Shown here: in pieces, positions 27,836 through 37,163 of the stretch
Layout: each line of letters begins with the position of its first letter
Position numbering within the stretch: the first letter of the stretch is position 1
Source: an uncultured delta proteobacterium
Lineage (GTDB): Bacteria; Desulfobacterota; Binatia; UBA9968
Length of the DNA: 64,000 nt
Assembly: GCA_963745035.1 (NCBI GenBank)
Contig: CAVUVW010000025.1
Span: 32,001-96,000 of the forward strand
Direction of reading: 5' to 3'
Position numbers and translations under genes: made by a program
The notes under the pieces: model-generated
What the model was told of the DNA's origin: nothing
The model's input: only the letters and a program-made list of their open reading frames with translations
The model's database searches: none

Positions 27836-28762
27836 CTAGCTCGCCATCTCCGGCGATGCGCGCAGAAGCGCGTCCAGATTGAGCTGGCGGTTCTCGACCT
27901 GCTCGCGCAAATGGTGCAGGTCTTCGCGATATTTGAATACGCAGCCCATGGTCTCCACCACCGACTTGTCATCGAGGTTCTTGCGATTGAGCGCAATCAG
28001 CGCCGACGCCCAATCCAAAGTCTCGGCGACTCCCGGCCGTTTATAAAAATTCATTTCCCGAACTTTTTGCATGAAAGCACAGATCTGCTGCGCCATCCGG
28101 TTCTCGACCTCGGGGAATTTGGTCGTGATGATCTCGTATTCCTTCTCGAAGCTCGGGTACTCGATCCAGTGATACAGGCAGCGGCGCTTGAGCGCGTCGT
28201 GGATCTCGCGCGTGCGGTTCGAGGTCAAAAACACGTACGGGCGGTGCTTTGCGGCCACGGTGCCGAGCTCGGGAATCGTGATCTGAAAGTCCGACAACAC
28301 CTCGAGCAAGAAGGCCTCGAACTCCATATCGGCGCGGTCGATTTCGTCGATCAACAGCACCGGCGGCTGCGCGCCGTCGGTTTGAATCGCTTCGAGCAGC
28401 GGCCGCTGGATCAGGTACTCTTGGCTGAAGATCTCGGTCTCGACCTGGGCTTTATCGCCGCGTTCGATCTCTTCGAGCTTGATCCGCAGCATTTGTTTGG
28501 GATAATTCCACTCGTACAAGGCCGTGTTCGCATCCAGCCCCTCGTAGCATTGCAGCCGAATCAGCTTGGCGTTGAGAACCTTCGCGAGCACCTTGGCGAT
28601 CTCGGTTTTGCCCACGCCCGCCTCGCCTTCCAGAAGCAGCGGCTTTCCCATTACCAGAGAAAGATACACAACCGTCGCTAACGAACGGTCGCACACGTAT
28701 TTTTCTTGGAGCAAGATTTCCTGTACTTTTTCGATCGTTAGTTGTTTTGGATCCACTCTCAC
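27836..28762 (-). CDS. coxD: CoxD-like MoxR AAA+ ATPase
   Basis: LEGEAGVGKT, RLQCYEGLD, LIDEIDRAD, TSNRTREIHDALKRRC, PGVAETLDW. Confidence 0.88.
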   Translation of the reverse strand: MRVDPKQLTIEKVQEILLQEKYVCDRSLATVVYLSLVMGKPLLLEGEAGVGKTEIAKVLAKVLNAKLIRLQCYEGLDANTALYEWNYPKQMLRIKLEEIERGDKAQVETEIFSQEYLIQRPLLEAIQTDGAQPPVLLIDEIDRADMEFEAFLLEVLSDFQITIPELGTVAAKHRPYVFLTSNRTREIHDALKRRCLYHWIEYPSFEKEYEIITTKFPEVENRMAQQICAFMQKVREMNFYKRPGVAETLDWASALIALNRKNLDDKSVVETMGCVFKYREDLHHLREQVENRQLNLDALLRASPEMAS

Positions 28763-28873
28763 CCTCGCGAATAAAATTTACCGGGCGGCGGCACCGCCAA
28801 GCGATGCCGCTCGTCCGCCACCGCAAAATCGAGACCATACTCCGTTTCCCTGGTTGGATCAACGTTACGGATC

Positions 28874-28891
28874 AGGCGTCAAGTGACGCCT
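28874..28891. promoter_or_regulatory. Candidate operator palindrome upstream of coxD
   Basis: AGGCGTCA-ag-TGACGCCT is a perfect 8-2-8 inverted repeat, just downstream of a minus-strand extended -10 TGTTATGAT (28894-28902). Confidence 0.4.
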
Positions 28892-29124
28892 TTATCATAA
28901 CAAAGCCATTGCGATTAGGAAAATCCAGGATTGACGGAGAACCGGCGGCAACACGAGGCGAGCAGGCGCGCGGCAGAGTTGCGCGCTGTCCGGTGGATCA
29001 GAGTGAGAGCGCGCGGCTTAGAGAGTTACTCGGATTATTTATCGTTCGAGGTAAATCGGAACGCTCTATCGCCCGGGGCGCGCGACTCTGGAGGAACAAA
29101 GGCACCGTCGCCAAAGGCTTCATG

Positions 29125-29154
29125 AGTAGGGACAAGGCGCGCCTTGTCCCTACT
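29125..29154. repeat. Perfect 30-bp GTAG-type REP palindrome
   Basis: AGTAGGGACAAGGCGCGCCTTGTCCCTACT is its own reverse complement; about 20 bp downstream of the gspD stop. Confidence 0.75.
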
Positions 29155-29175
29155 GCAATCTGCGCGGGACTTGGA

Positions 29176-32148
29176 TCAGTTAACCGCGACGTAAGCGTGC
29201 TTGAATTGCGGCACGGGCATCGATTCCTTGAAACGGTTTGCCGTAACGAGATCGGCAAACTGCCCGACGCGCACGCGGTGCCAAATAGCGCCCGCGGGCT
29301 GCGCAGTGACGACGTAGGCCTCATAGCCGTCTTTGCGCAATGCAGCGGCCATCGTCTCGGCGTCTTTGCGCTCCGCCGACGACGCAACCTGCACGGTCCA
29401 ACGATGCTTCGGCGCGGCGTCGCGTTTCGGCTCAGGCGCGGGCGCCGCAGGCTTTGACTGCCGCGCAACCGAAAGCAAATACGGCGGTTGGGCCGGCGCC
29501 GGCGACACGGGTGGCGCAAGGGCGATCGCCGGTTCCGAATTCGTCGTCTCGATCAGCGCCGGATCGGCCGCAAGGGGCGGAGCTCCACTCGGCACCATCC
29601 CTGCGTTCGGGCCGGGAGCTAGGGGCCGCGCTCCCCGATTCGAGAGCACGATGACGTTGTTGAAGTCCGGCGCTAACGAAGCTCCCTTGCCGGGAGCCAC
29701 GCGGTTTGGCGCAAACGGCGGCCGTTGTTCGCTCGTCTTGGGCTCGACGGGAGGCGGGATCTCCGGAGGCGCCACCCTGGGCGGAGACTTGGCGCGGTCG
29801 CGCTCTATGCTTTCGAGTTCATTGCGCACGGCGTTTACTCTCGACTTGAAATCTTCCGTGACATAGCGCGCCTCATCACGGCCCCGAATGACGCGCGGCG
29901 TGATCAACATGATCAGCTCCGTGCGTTCGGTATTATCGAGGGTCGTGCCGAAGAACCGGCCGAAGACCGGCAAGTCCATCAAATAGGGAACTCCCGAGCG
30001 GCTCTTGCTCTTGTTTTCGCCGATCAACCCGCCGATCACGAGAGTTTCGCCGTCTTGCACGACGGCGGTGGTCTCGGCGTCCTGGGTATTGAACGAGGGA
30101 AAGGTTTCTCCCTCTCTGCCGATGGGAATATTATCGCCCAGGGCGCTGACTTCGGCTTTGATTTGCAGATTGACCAATCCTTGAGCGTTCACTTGGGGAA
30201 TGATCGTCAATATGCGTCCTGTGTTGCGATACTGGATCGTGGTCGACGTGGTCGTCAACTCGTTGGACGTGACCGAGCCGGTCGGGATCGGCACTTCGGC
30301 TCCCACTTGGATGCGCGCCGGGCGATTGTCCGCCGCAAGCACGCTCGGCGAGGACAGCAGCTTCACCCGGGAGTCGGTCATGAGCGCGGTGATGAAGGCG
30401 CGCACCGTGTCGCCGGTGCCGATGACTCCTCTCACACCGCCGCTGTTGGTAAACGCCGCGAGCGCGCCGGAGATTATCGCCCCGCGTGAGTCAAACGTGC
30501 GGTCGAAGATCTTTACGTCGCCGGCTCGGCGCAAGATCTCGTAATCGACGCCGAAGTTCTCCGTGTTCTTGAGATCCACCTGCAAGATAACGGCATCGAT
30601 CAACACCTGGCGCGGCACCGCGTCGAGCTCCTTCAGAATGGTCTTGATATTCTGAAATTCCTGAACCGTGCCGTAAATAATCAGCGAGTTGGTCGCCGGA
30701 TCCGGCACGATCCGGAGCTGTTCCTGCTGCTGCTGCTGTTGTTGCTGCTGCGCTTGCGGAGTCTGAGCGCCGGGTCTGGGCGGGCCAGGTGGCTGAATTC
30801 CCGGTTGCGGCGCTGCAACCGGCGGCGGAATTTGCCCCGGAACCGGCACTGCGGCGTATGCGCCCAACGGCTGACTCGGTTGGCCGAAGGAGCCGGAGGA
30901 GCCGAAGGGCGACCCGCCGGGGCCTCGCCTCGTTAGCCCCGATGACGTGCCCATCGTCGAGCGGTGCAGGTCCTGGAGCGTCCGCGTGCTGTCGCGGTGG
31001 CCGGTCGTCGGTTGTCCCAGCGCTTGGCTCAACACTTCGGCGAGCTCAATCGCTTTGCCGTTTTCGACCGGATAGATAAAAATGCGCCGTCCCGGACCGT
31101 CGGCGATGATGTCGACCCGATCGAGCCAGCGCTTGGCGTAGGTCCAGGCGGCCTCGCTGTGGCTGATCACCAAAAGCTGATTGATGCGCGGCAACGCGAT
31201 AAATTGCGCCGTGAAACTCTCCGCCTGCGGCGCGGATGCGGCAAAGGACTGCATGACTTTGGTCATTTCCGCCGCCAGCTCTTCGGCGCTCGCTACCTTC
31301 GGCTGATAGATCTCCATGCGGGTGCCGGCGAAGACTTGCACGTCGATCAGATCGGCGATCTCCATCAGCCTTTGAATATTCGACGGCAGATCCATGACGA
31401 TCAGAAAATTACCGCGCGGGTTTTCGATGATCTCTCCGCCGGGTTGAAGAAAGGGGGTGAGCACCCGCTTCATTTCCGCGGCCGCGAAGAACCGTACCGG
31501 GATCACCTGCAGAGCGAAGCTGTCCTCCCGGCTCTGGCCCGCGGGCCGCGCCAAGCCTTTGCCGTCTTTGATCGGCATGATGTGATAAAGATTGCCGGTG
31601 CGCACCGCCACCGCGCCGTTCATGCGCAGCACCTGATGAAACACCGGCAGCAGGTCCTCGGCGCGCAGCGGCTCGGCGCTGTTGATGGTGACGCTGCCCT
31701 TCACCTCGGGATCGATAGTGTACGTAAGACGTAACTGCTGGGCGATGATGTGAATGATTTCGACCAGGTCGGCGCGGTTAAAATTCAATGAAATCATGCC
31801 ACCGGAGGGCGGCGGCGCGAATCGCCGCTGCGGGCCGGCGGGAGCCGGCGCTGCGCCCGGGCCGGGAACGTCCTGCGACGGAGCGGCCGTGCCAGGCTCC
31901 TGCCCTTGAGGCGCAGACTGGGGCGGCTTCAGCCCGGGGGACTGCGCGGGCGCCGGAACACGGCGCGGAATAACCGGCGGTTTTGCTGCCGGATCGGCGG
32001 GAGTCGCCGGCTGATTCACTCCAGGAGCGGCCTGGGGAGGAACCGGTGCCGGCTGGCCGGGCGCCGGCGTCTGCTGCGCCATCAGCGGAACCGCCAATCC
32101 GGCCGCAGCTACCCCGGCCGCAAGTCGTGCCATGCGCTTTCCTGTCAT
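29176..32148 (-). CDS. gspD: Type II secretion secretin GspD with C-terminal SPOR domain
   Basis: Signal peptide, N0 (ISLNFNRADL), N-domains, secretin motifs LDAVPRQVLI, SGVPYLMDLPVFGRFFG and RTELIMLITPRVI, then a Pro-rich linker and SPOR (WTVQVAS...WHRVRVGQF). Confidence 0.9.
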   Translation of the reverse strand: MTGKRMARLAAGVAAAGLAVPLMAQQTPAPGQPAPVPPQAAPGVNQPATPADPAAKPPVIPRRVPAPAQSPGLKPPQSAPQGQEPGTAAPSQDVPGPGAAPAPAGPQRRFAPPPSGGMISLNFNRADLVEIIHIIAQQLRLTYTIDPEVKGSVTINSAEPLRAEDLLPVFHQVLRMNGAVAVRTGNLYHIMPIKDGKGLARPAGQSREDSFALQVIPVRFFAAAEMKRVLTPFLQPGGEIIENPRGNFLIVMDLPSNIQRLMEIADLIDVQVFAGTRMEIYQPKVASAEELAAEMTKVMQSFAASAPQAESFTAQFIALPRINQLLVISHSEAAWTYAKRWLDRVDIIADGPGRRIFIYPVENGKAIELAEVLSQALGQPTTGHRDSTRTLQDLHRSTMGTSSGLTRRGPGGSPFGSSGSFGQPSQPLGAYAAVPVPGQIPPPVAAPQPGIQPPGPPRPGAQTPQAQQQQQQQQQEQLRIVPDPATNSLIIYGTVQEFQNIKTILKELDAVPRQVLIDAVILQVDLKNTENFGVDYEILRRAGDVKIFDRTFDSRGAIISGALAAFTNSGGVRGVIGTGDTVRAFITALMTDSRVKLLSSPSVLAADNRPARIQVGAEVPIPTGSVTSNELTTTSTTIQYRNTGRILTIIPQVNAQGLVNLQIKAEVSALGDNIPIGREGETFPSFNTQDAETTAVVQDGETLVIGGLIGENKSKSRSGVPYLMDLPVFGRFFGTTLDNTERTELIMLITPRVIRGRDEARYVTEDFKSRVNAVRNELESIERDRAKSPPRVAPPEIPPPVEPKTSEQRPPFAPNRVAPGKGASLAPDFNNVIVLSNRGARPLAPGPNAGMVPSGAPPLAADPALIETTNSEPAIALAPPVSPAPAQPPYLLSVARQSKPAAPAPEPKRDAAPKHRWTVQVASSAERKDAETMAAALRKDGYEAYVVTAQPAGAIWHRVRVGQFADLVTANRFKESMPVPQFKHAYVAVN

Positions 32149-32167
32149 CTATATGCCCCCCTGCGCT

Positions 32168-32818
32168 TCATGACTCGGGATTCGGACTGCCGGGCGTGGG
32201 AATTCTTCCGCGCCGCGGCAAATTTGGAATTACGCGAGGTCCCGGAGGCGGGACTGTGCCCGGCGTCACCGTTTGAGCCGGGGCCGGCGCCCGCGGCGCG
32301 GCGATCTCCACTTTACGGAAGTAATCCAACATGACCTCAACCCGCGTTGCGTTCCGGGCGAAAACAACCTTCTTGTCGCCGATCTCCGCCAAACTGTATC
32401 CCTCGACGTTGTCACCCAATTTCAAGCGCATGGTGGCGGGCGGTTGGGACGGTGCCGGGCTCCCACTCGGAGCAGCTCCCTCCTGCAAAATCGCCGTGCG
32501 ATTGTCGCCCATGATCACGGTGCCGATCAAAACCATGCCGCGAATGCGCTGCAAAGCCCGCGATGTTTCCTCGGCGTCGCGGGTCGCCCCCGCGCCCCGC
32601 TCCGGGTCAAAAAGATTTCTGCTGACGATGGCGTCCGTGCTCGTCGCCACTTTGACCGCGGCGGCTGCCGGTTTGTCGGTCGCAAGCGCCGGTGGATTGC
32701 TCTTGCTCGGCGACGGCAGATCCCAGGGGCCTTTGCGCCAGGAGGCGTAGGTGTCCCATCCGACCAGGCCGATGGTCAATACTAAAAACATACTCAGCAA
32801 TGAAGACCGCGTGAGCAT
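32168..32818 (-). CDS. gspC: GspC-like T2SS inner-membrane protein
   Basis: Single N-terminal TM, IVSRNLFDPER, LIGTV..AIL..LGDNVEGY HR-like domain; immediately upstream of gspD. Confidence 0.65.
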   Translation of the reverse strand: MLTRSSLLSMFLVLTIGLVGWDTYASWRKGPWDLPSPSKSNPPALATDKPAAAAVKVATSTDAIVSRNLFDPERGAGATRDAEETSRALQRIRGMVLIGTVIMGDNRTAILQEGAAPSGSPAPSQPPATMRLKLGDNVEGYSLAEIGDKKVVFARNATRVEVMLDYFRKVEIAAPRAPAPAQTVTPGTVPPPGPRVIPNLPRRGRIPTPGSPNPES

Positions 32819-32895
32819 CGTCGCTACCGTTCAATGCGCAAACCCGGCGCGAGCCGCCGCGCCGCCGATCCGCGGAATGGATCAAAGTTCGCGCT

Positions 32896-32922
32896 ATTAT
32901 ACATCACGCGGAAAAATTTCAA
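32896..32922 (-). promoter_or_regulatory. Candidate internal promoter for gspC-gspD
   Basis: Minus-strand TTGAAA, 15-bp spacer, perfect TATAAT within an AT-rich patch; the spacer is shorter than canonical. Confidence 0.35.
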
Positions 32923-33197
32923 ATTCAAAAGAATTCCGGATCTTTCCGACACCATACGTTCCAGTCACGCCATGCCGCCCGTCATCGAGGCGGAGGATGG
33001 CGCGGTTTCGGCCACGCGGCCGATTGAAAGTTGCCGCTGCGCAGCCCTCCGGACTCGCCCTGGACAACAGCGATCAGCCCAACCAAAGCTGTCCAAGCCC
33101 GGGCTTTCCGAACCGCGGTGGGCGCTCTAATGGAAAAATTTCTTGAATTATCGATGAGTAACCATCACGTGGAGGCGCGCTGGCCGATGCCAAGCCC

Positions 33198-33857
33198 TTA
33201 TTCCGAGACCGGCTTCGCGGTACTCGCCTCCCCCTCCGCTTTCGCGGGCGCACTGGGCGCAGTTCGCGCATAACCGGACACCATCAAATTGATCCGCAGG
33301 CTTTGCGCCGCGGCCTGCGGCACTCCCGGCGGCTGAGGAAACCCGGCCGGACGAAAAAGCGATCGTACATTGAGCTCATCGATCATGAGCAATTTAGGAG
33401 CGGTCTCAATGCCGCGGATGAGATTTGCCAGTTGCTGAACTTGGCCGCCAATTTCGAGTTGAATGCCGATCTTGGAAAAGGATCCAACCGATTCGGCGTT
33501 GAGCACCCGGGTGGTAATAATCTGCGTGCCCTCCCGCGCCGCCATCGCCTGCACGGTTTCTTGGAGGTCCGACGCGATCACTGAAGGCGTGTCACCGGTC
33601 AGAAGCTTGGAATCCTGCGCCTGTATTTGGCCCCGCGCCGACTCGAGGCCCGCCAGCATCGCTTCACTCTGCCCGAGATAGCGCAGATTCTTGCTGAGGA
33701 GCTGCGGCTGGCTCCCGAGTTGCTCGGTCACCCAGGCGCGCCGTTCGAGCAGCGGCGTCACCAGCACGTACTTGCCGATAAAGACCAGCAAAATGACCCC
33801 GCTCAGAATCGCCAGCCCGCGCTCGCGGCGCGAAAGTCTCTGCCAGTATTGCTTCAT
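33198..33857 (-). CDS. gspM: T2SS protein GspM
   Basis: WQRLSRRER plus TM, coiled coil and ferredoxin-like C-domain; position in the cluster. Confidence 0.75.
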   Translation of the reverse strand: MKQYWQRLSRRERGLAILSGVILLVFIGKYVLVTPLLERRAWVTEQLGSQPQLLSKNLRYLGQSEAMLAGLESARGQIQAQDSKLLTGDTPSVIASDLQETVQAMAAREGTQIITTRVLNAESVGSFSKIGIQLEIGGQVQQLANLIRGIETAPKLLMIDELNVRSLFRPAGFPQPPGVPQAAAQSLRINLMVSGYARTAPSAPAKAEGEASTAKPVSE

Positions 33858-35422
33858 GGCTTGGCCTTCGAATCCTTTGCCGCGGCGGCCGGCGCGCTCT
33901 GCACCGGCGCCTTCACCGGCTCTTTGGCGGGGTCCTTCACCGGCTCTTTGGGCTTTTCGATATCGGCTTTCAGGGAGAATGTCTCGCGGTTGTCGCGGCC
34001 GCGGTTGGAAGGCGCGTTAAACCCGACGTTTTGGAAAACCGGCGAGCGCTCGAGCACGGGAATCAACGCCGAGGCATTCTCGGCGCTGCCCTGCACTTCC
34101 AGGACGCCGGCGCGATAGCGCAGGTTGGACAAGTACGCTCCATTCGGCACAATCCGTGAAAGCTCATCGACCACCCGCAAAACTTCGCCGCGGCGCTGAT
34201 CGAGATCACTGAGAAAGCCCGCTTCCTTGCGCAGGCGCTCCAGTTGTTCCTCCTCGCGTCGCAACGCCTGCACCGCCGGCGCGAGCTTACGGTTTTCGCT
34301 CTCCAACTGCCTGAGCCGCAGCTCATCCTTGATCGGAAAGCTCGCGCCCCAGACGATCACGGCGAGCAGCAGCACACCCAAGAGCACGCTGTGGAGCAAA
34401 GAGACGTTCTTGCCCTCGCCGTCGCTCTCATGGTGCAAAAAATTGGCGCGCAAGGAGCCCTCACGCACACCGTGCAGCGCCGCGCCGATCGCGGGAATCA
34501 CATCGGGTTCGCCGCTTGAGTCGAAGCCTTTCAACCGCGGGCTGCCGAGCTCGACGATGTCCTCGGCTTGCGCCAGTCGGTCGGCGACGCCGTTGAGCGC
34601 GCTGAGATCACCGCAGCGAAACAACTTGGGCACTTGGCGCGAACACTCGAGCAAAAGTTCCTTGCCGGCGCCGTGCGCCCAGTCGGCCTTGGGAAAGCGA
34701 TGGCTGAACAGGAGCTCGGCGGCGGGCTGCCAGCCGTTGGCCCTGGCTTCGACGCCGATCATCTCCCAACCGTCGTCGTGGGCCGCCACCAAAGCCGCGC
34801 CGCTGCCCATCTGCCCGGCAAAAAGCAAATAGTTGGCGAGCGCCGTTACGGTCGTCTCGACTCCGCTGGGCTTGATTCCCACCGACTCCAGCAAAGCGAT
34901 GGTCGAATCGAGGGCTCTTTTCGGCATGGCGAAAACGTAAACGCAGAGCTTTTCCCCGCGCTTGCCGGCAGGCAGAAAGTCGTAGTAGACGTCCTCGCGT
35001 TTGAACGGCAGTTGGCGCTCGATCTCGTAGTCGAGCACGTGCTGGAGATTTTCCTGGGCCGCCAGCGGCAGCAGGATTTGTTGAACGATGGCCTGCTCCT
35101 GCGGCACGCAAACATAGACCCGATCGCGTCCGGCATGAATATGCGGCAGCAGCGAAACCAACGCCTGCCGGAGCGCGCGCTCGCGTGAATCACCTTCGGC
35201 GCGGAGCGCGATTTCGCGGACATCTTCGGCGACCCAGCCGGTGAGCTCCGAGATTGCCTGGCGGTTGTCGCCTTCGGGCAACTCACGATCTTCGCAACCG
35301 AGCATGGATACGGCGAGAAAGCTCTTCCGCAAGCGCACCATGAGCAGCCGGTCGCTCAAGATATACAGCCCGACGCTGGAAAGAAAATCGGCGCGCGACA
35401 GATTTTTCAGTTGATTCAACAT
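33854..35422 (-). CDS. gspL: T2SS protein GspL (actin-like cytoplasmic domain plus PilN-like domain)
   Basis: YEIERQLPF..EDVYYDF, TM, coiled coil, LERSPVFQNVGF. Confidence 0.75.
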   Translation of the reverse strand: MLNQLKNLSRADFLSSVGLYILSDRLLMVRLRKSFLAVSMLGCEDRELPEGDNRQAISELTGWVAEDVREIALRAEGDSRERALRQALVSLLPHIHAGRDRVYVCVPQEQAIVQQILLPLAAQENLQHVLDYEIERQLPFKREDVYYDFLPAGKRGEKLCVYVFAMPKRALDSTIALLESVGIKPSGVETTVTALANYLLFAGQMGSGAALVAAHDDGWEMIGVEARANGWQPAAELLFSHRFPKADWAHGAGKELLLECSRQVPKLFRCGDLSALNGVADRLAQAEDIVELGSPRLKGFDSSGEPDVIPAIGAALHGVREGSLRANFLHHESDGEGKNVSLLHSVLLGVLLLAVIVWGASFPIKDELRLRQLESENRKLAPAVQALRREEEQLERLRKEAGFLSDLDQRRGEVLRVVDELSRIVPNGAYLSNLRYRAGVLEVQGSAENASALIPVLERSPVFQNVGFNAPSNRGRDNRETFSLKADIEKPKEPVKDPAKEPVKAPVQSAPAAAAKDSKAKP

Positions 35423-35487
35423 GATTCTTGCGCTCGCGAGGAAAATCCGGACACGATCTTCAAGCCCCGGGCATTGTAGCCCATGAT

Positions 35488-36507
35488 CTAGCTCGACGGT
35501 AGTGCCGTGTCGCGATCGAGCCAGCGCAGGAGCTCAAAACCGCGCCCGCCGCCCAGTCGAACGATGCCGGCGACGCGGCGGGGCGCGCGCGAATCGGCGG
35601 AGCGACCTTCTGCCTCCACCGCAACCACCGACGGGTTGGTGAAGATAAACGCCTGCAACGCTGCGTCGCCTTCGCCGATGCCGAGAAGCGGCAGCAGATC
35701 GTTCATTGTTTTGTCCGACAGCTTGCGCCGCTCTTCGACAAAGGCGCGGCACCGTTCCGGCGCGATGCCGGTCAGCGCATGAATGACCGCGGCGCTCGCC
35801 GTGCGCAGGTTTACCCGATCAATGGGGCTGTCGACCGTGAAAATATCGCGCAGCGCGATCCGGCGCGACCGCTCCTCCGGTGCGGAGTCGGCCTCCGAAT
35901 ACCCGAAGAAGAGCTCCCGGGTGACGCCGCGGATCCACAACAGGTCCGCCACGGTATCGAGGGCGCCGTTGCGCGCCGTGTACGGCGGCGCGAGCGCGCC
36001 GTAGTATTGGTTTTCGGCGCCGTTGGCGCGGTGGAGATCGTCTTGATCGCGCCAGTCTAGAATCGAATCCACGAGCACCTCCCGGCTCGCGTTATCGAGT
36101 CCCAGGTTGGTAAAGACCCGGCGCAGGGTCTCTTCATTGGCCCGGTTGATATTGATCTTGCCGCCCTCATCGACGAGGCGCACGCGCAGCACGCCGCCGC
36201 CGAGACTTTCCTCGCGCCAAGCGCCGTCGAACAGGTCGTCTTTTTGTCCTTGGGACTGGGCCGGAGCGCCGTCTTGCCGGTTCAAGAAATCATACAGACC
36301 GCGCTCGAAGCCGGCGAGCGCGAGATAGTACCCGGTGGTTTCCTCGTTGAAACGATGGGCGGCGCTCGCCTCTTCGCGCGCCGCCGTGCTGAATTCGAAA
36401 GCGACCACGAAAAGAAATATGAAAATCCACAGCACCACGATCAGCGCGACGCCGCGCTCGCCGCCGAGCCGCGGCAAATTTGAGTCGTAAGCGATCTTGC
36501 GTTTCAT
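35488..36507 (-). CDS. gspK: Minor pseudopilin GspK
   Basis: RGVALIVVLW, DEGGKININ, ILDWRDQD, GAE..YY, VNLRTA; start judged to be ATG 36507. Confidence 0.88.
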   Translation of the reverse strand: MKRKIAYDSNLPRLGGERGVALIVVLWIFIFLFVVAFEFSTAAREEASAAHRFNEETTGYYLALAGFERGLYDFLNRQDGAPAQSQGQKDDLFDGAWREESLGGGVLRVRLVDEGGKININRANEETLRRVFTNLGLDNASREVLVDSILDWRDQDDLHRANGAENQYYGALAPPYTARNGALDTVADLLWIRGVTRELFFGYSEADSAPEERSRRIALRDIFTVDSPIDRVNLRTASAAVIHALTGIAPERCRAFVEERRKLSDKTMNDLLPLLGIGEGDAALQAFIFTNPSVVAVEAEGRSADSRAPRRVAGIVRLGGGRGFELLRWLDRDTALPSS

Positions 36508-37163
36508 GGCGTGAGCACGACCATCATCAGCGGGAAAATCCAGCGCACCTCTTGGCCGCCGTCGTCGACGAAGCTCAAGCGCACGGCGCGCGGCAGCATG
36601 CGCCGTTCCTCGCCGTCCCAGCGCTCTTCCCATCTCTCTTCATCGAGCTGCGGATCCAAGTAAGCCAAGCGAAAATTTCGAATGCCCTCGCGCAGCACCA
36701 CCCGATGGACCTGTCCGGCGCTGGTTTCCTCTTCACCGACGCGCACCGGCGTGGTCTCTTCGAGGCTGAGCAGCGCGCGGCCGCCGGCCCCTTCTTCGAC
36801 GACGGCCATCCGCACCTCGGCCATGCCGCGCCCGCCCATGCCATGGGAATAGGCTGAGATCAAAGCCAGGCGGTCGCTTTCCCCCTCGAAGAACACCGCC
36901 TGTTCCTGCGGCGAGCGGCGATACGGATGGGCGGAGCGAATGTAATTGCCGAGGAGATCGGCGGTCGAGCGCATGGTTTGGCTGCGCGCAGCGCCGGTTT
37001 GCGACTTGGCGAGCGCGCTGTGGCTGAGCGCGAACGCGCCGTAGAGAATCGTGCCGAGCAGCGCGAAAAGCGTCATCGCCAGCACGACCTCGATGAGCGT
37101 GAAGCCGGCCGGACCAACGCCCTGCCCGCGAAGCGGGTCGTGCGTTTGACGGGCGCCGTTCAT
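36504..37163 (-). CDS. gspJ: Minor pseudopilin GspJ
   Basis: GFTLIEVVLAM prepilin motif; W...W...LPRAVRL C-terminus. Confidence 0.82.
   Translation of the reverse strand: MNGARQTHDPLRGQGVGPAGFTLIEVVLAMTLFALLGTILYGAFALSHSALAKSQTGAARSQTMRSTADLLGNYIRSAHPYRRSPQEQAVFFEGESDRLALISAYSHGMGGRGMAEVRMAVVEEGAGGRALLSLEETTPVRVGEEETSAGQVHRVVLREGIRNFRLAYLDPQLDEERWEERWDGEERRMLPRAVRLSFVDDGGQEVRWIFPLMMVVLTP

Noticed and set aside
26867-28681. 604-aa plus-strand ORF
   Set aside because: Antisense to coxE/coxD with no recognisable motifs; long shadow ORFs are expected in high-GC coding DNA.
26615-28762. Calling the region an aerobic CO dehydrogenase locus
   Set aside because: Only accessory genes are present; no coxL, coxM or coxS, so CO oxidation cannot be inferred.
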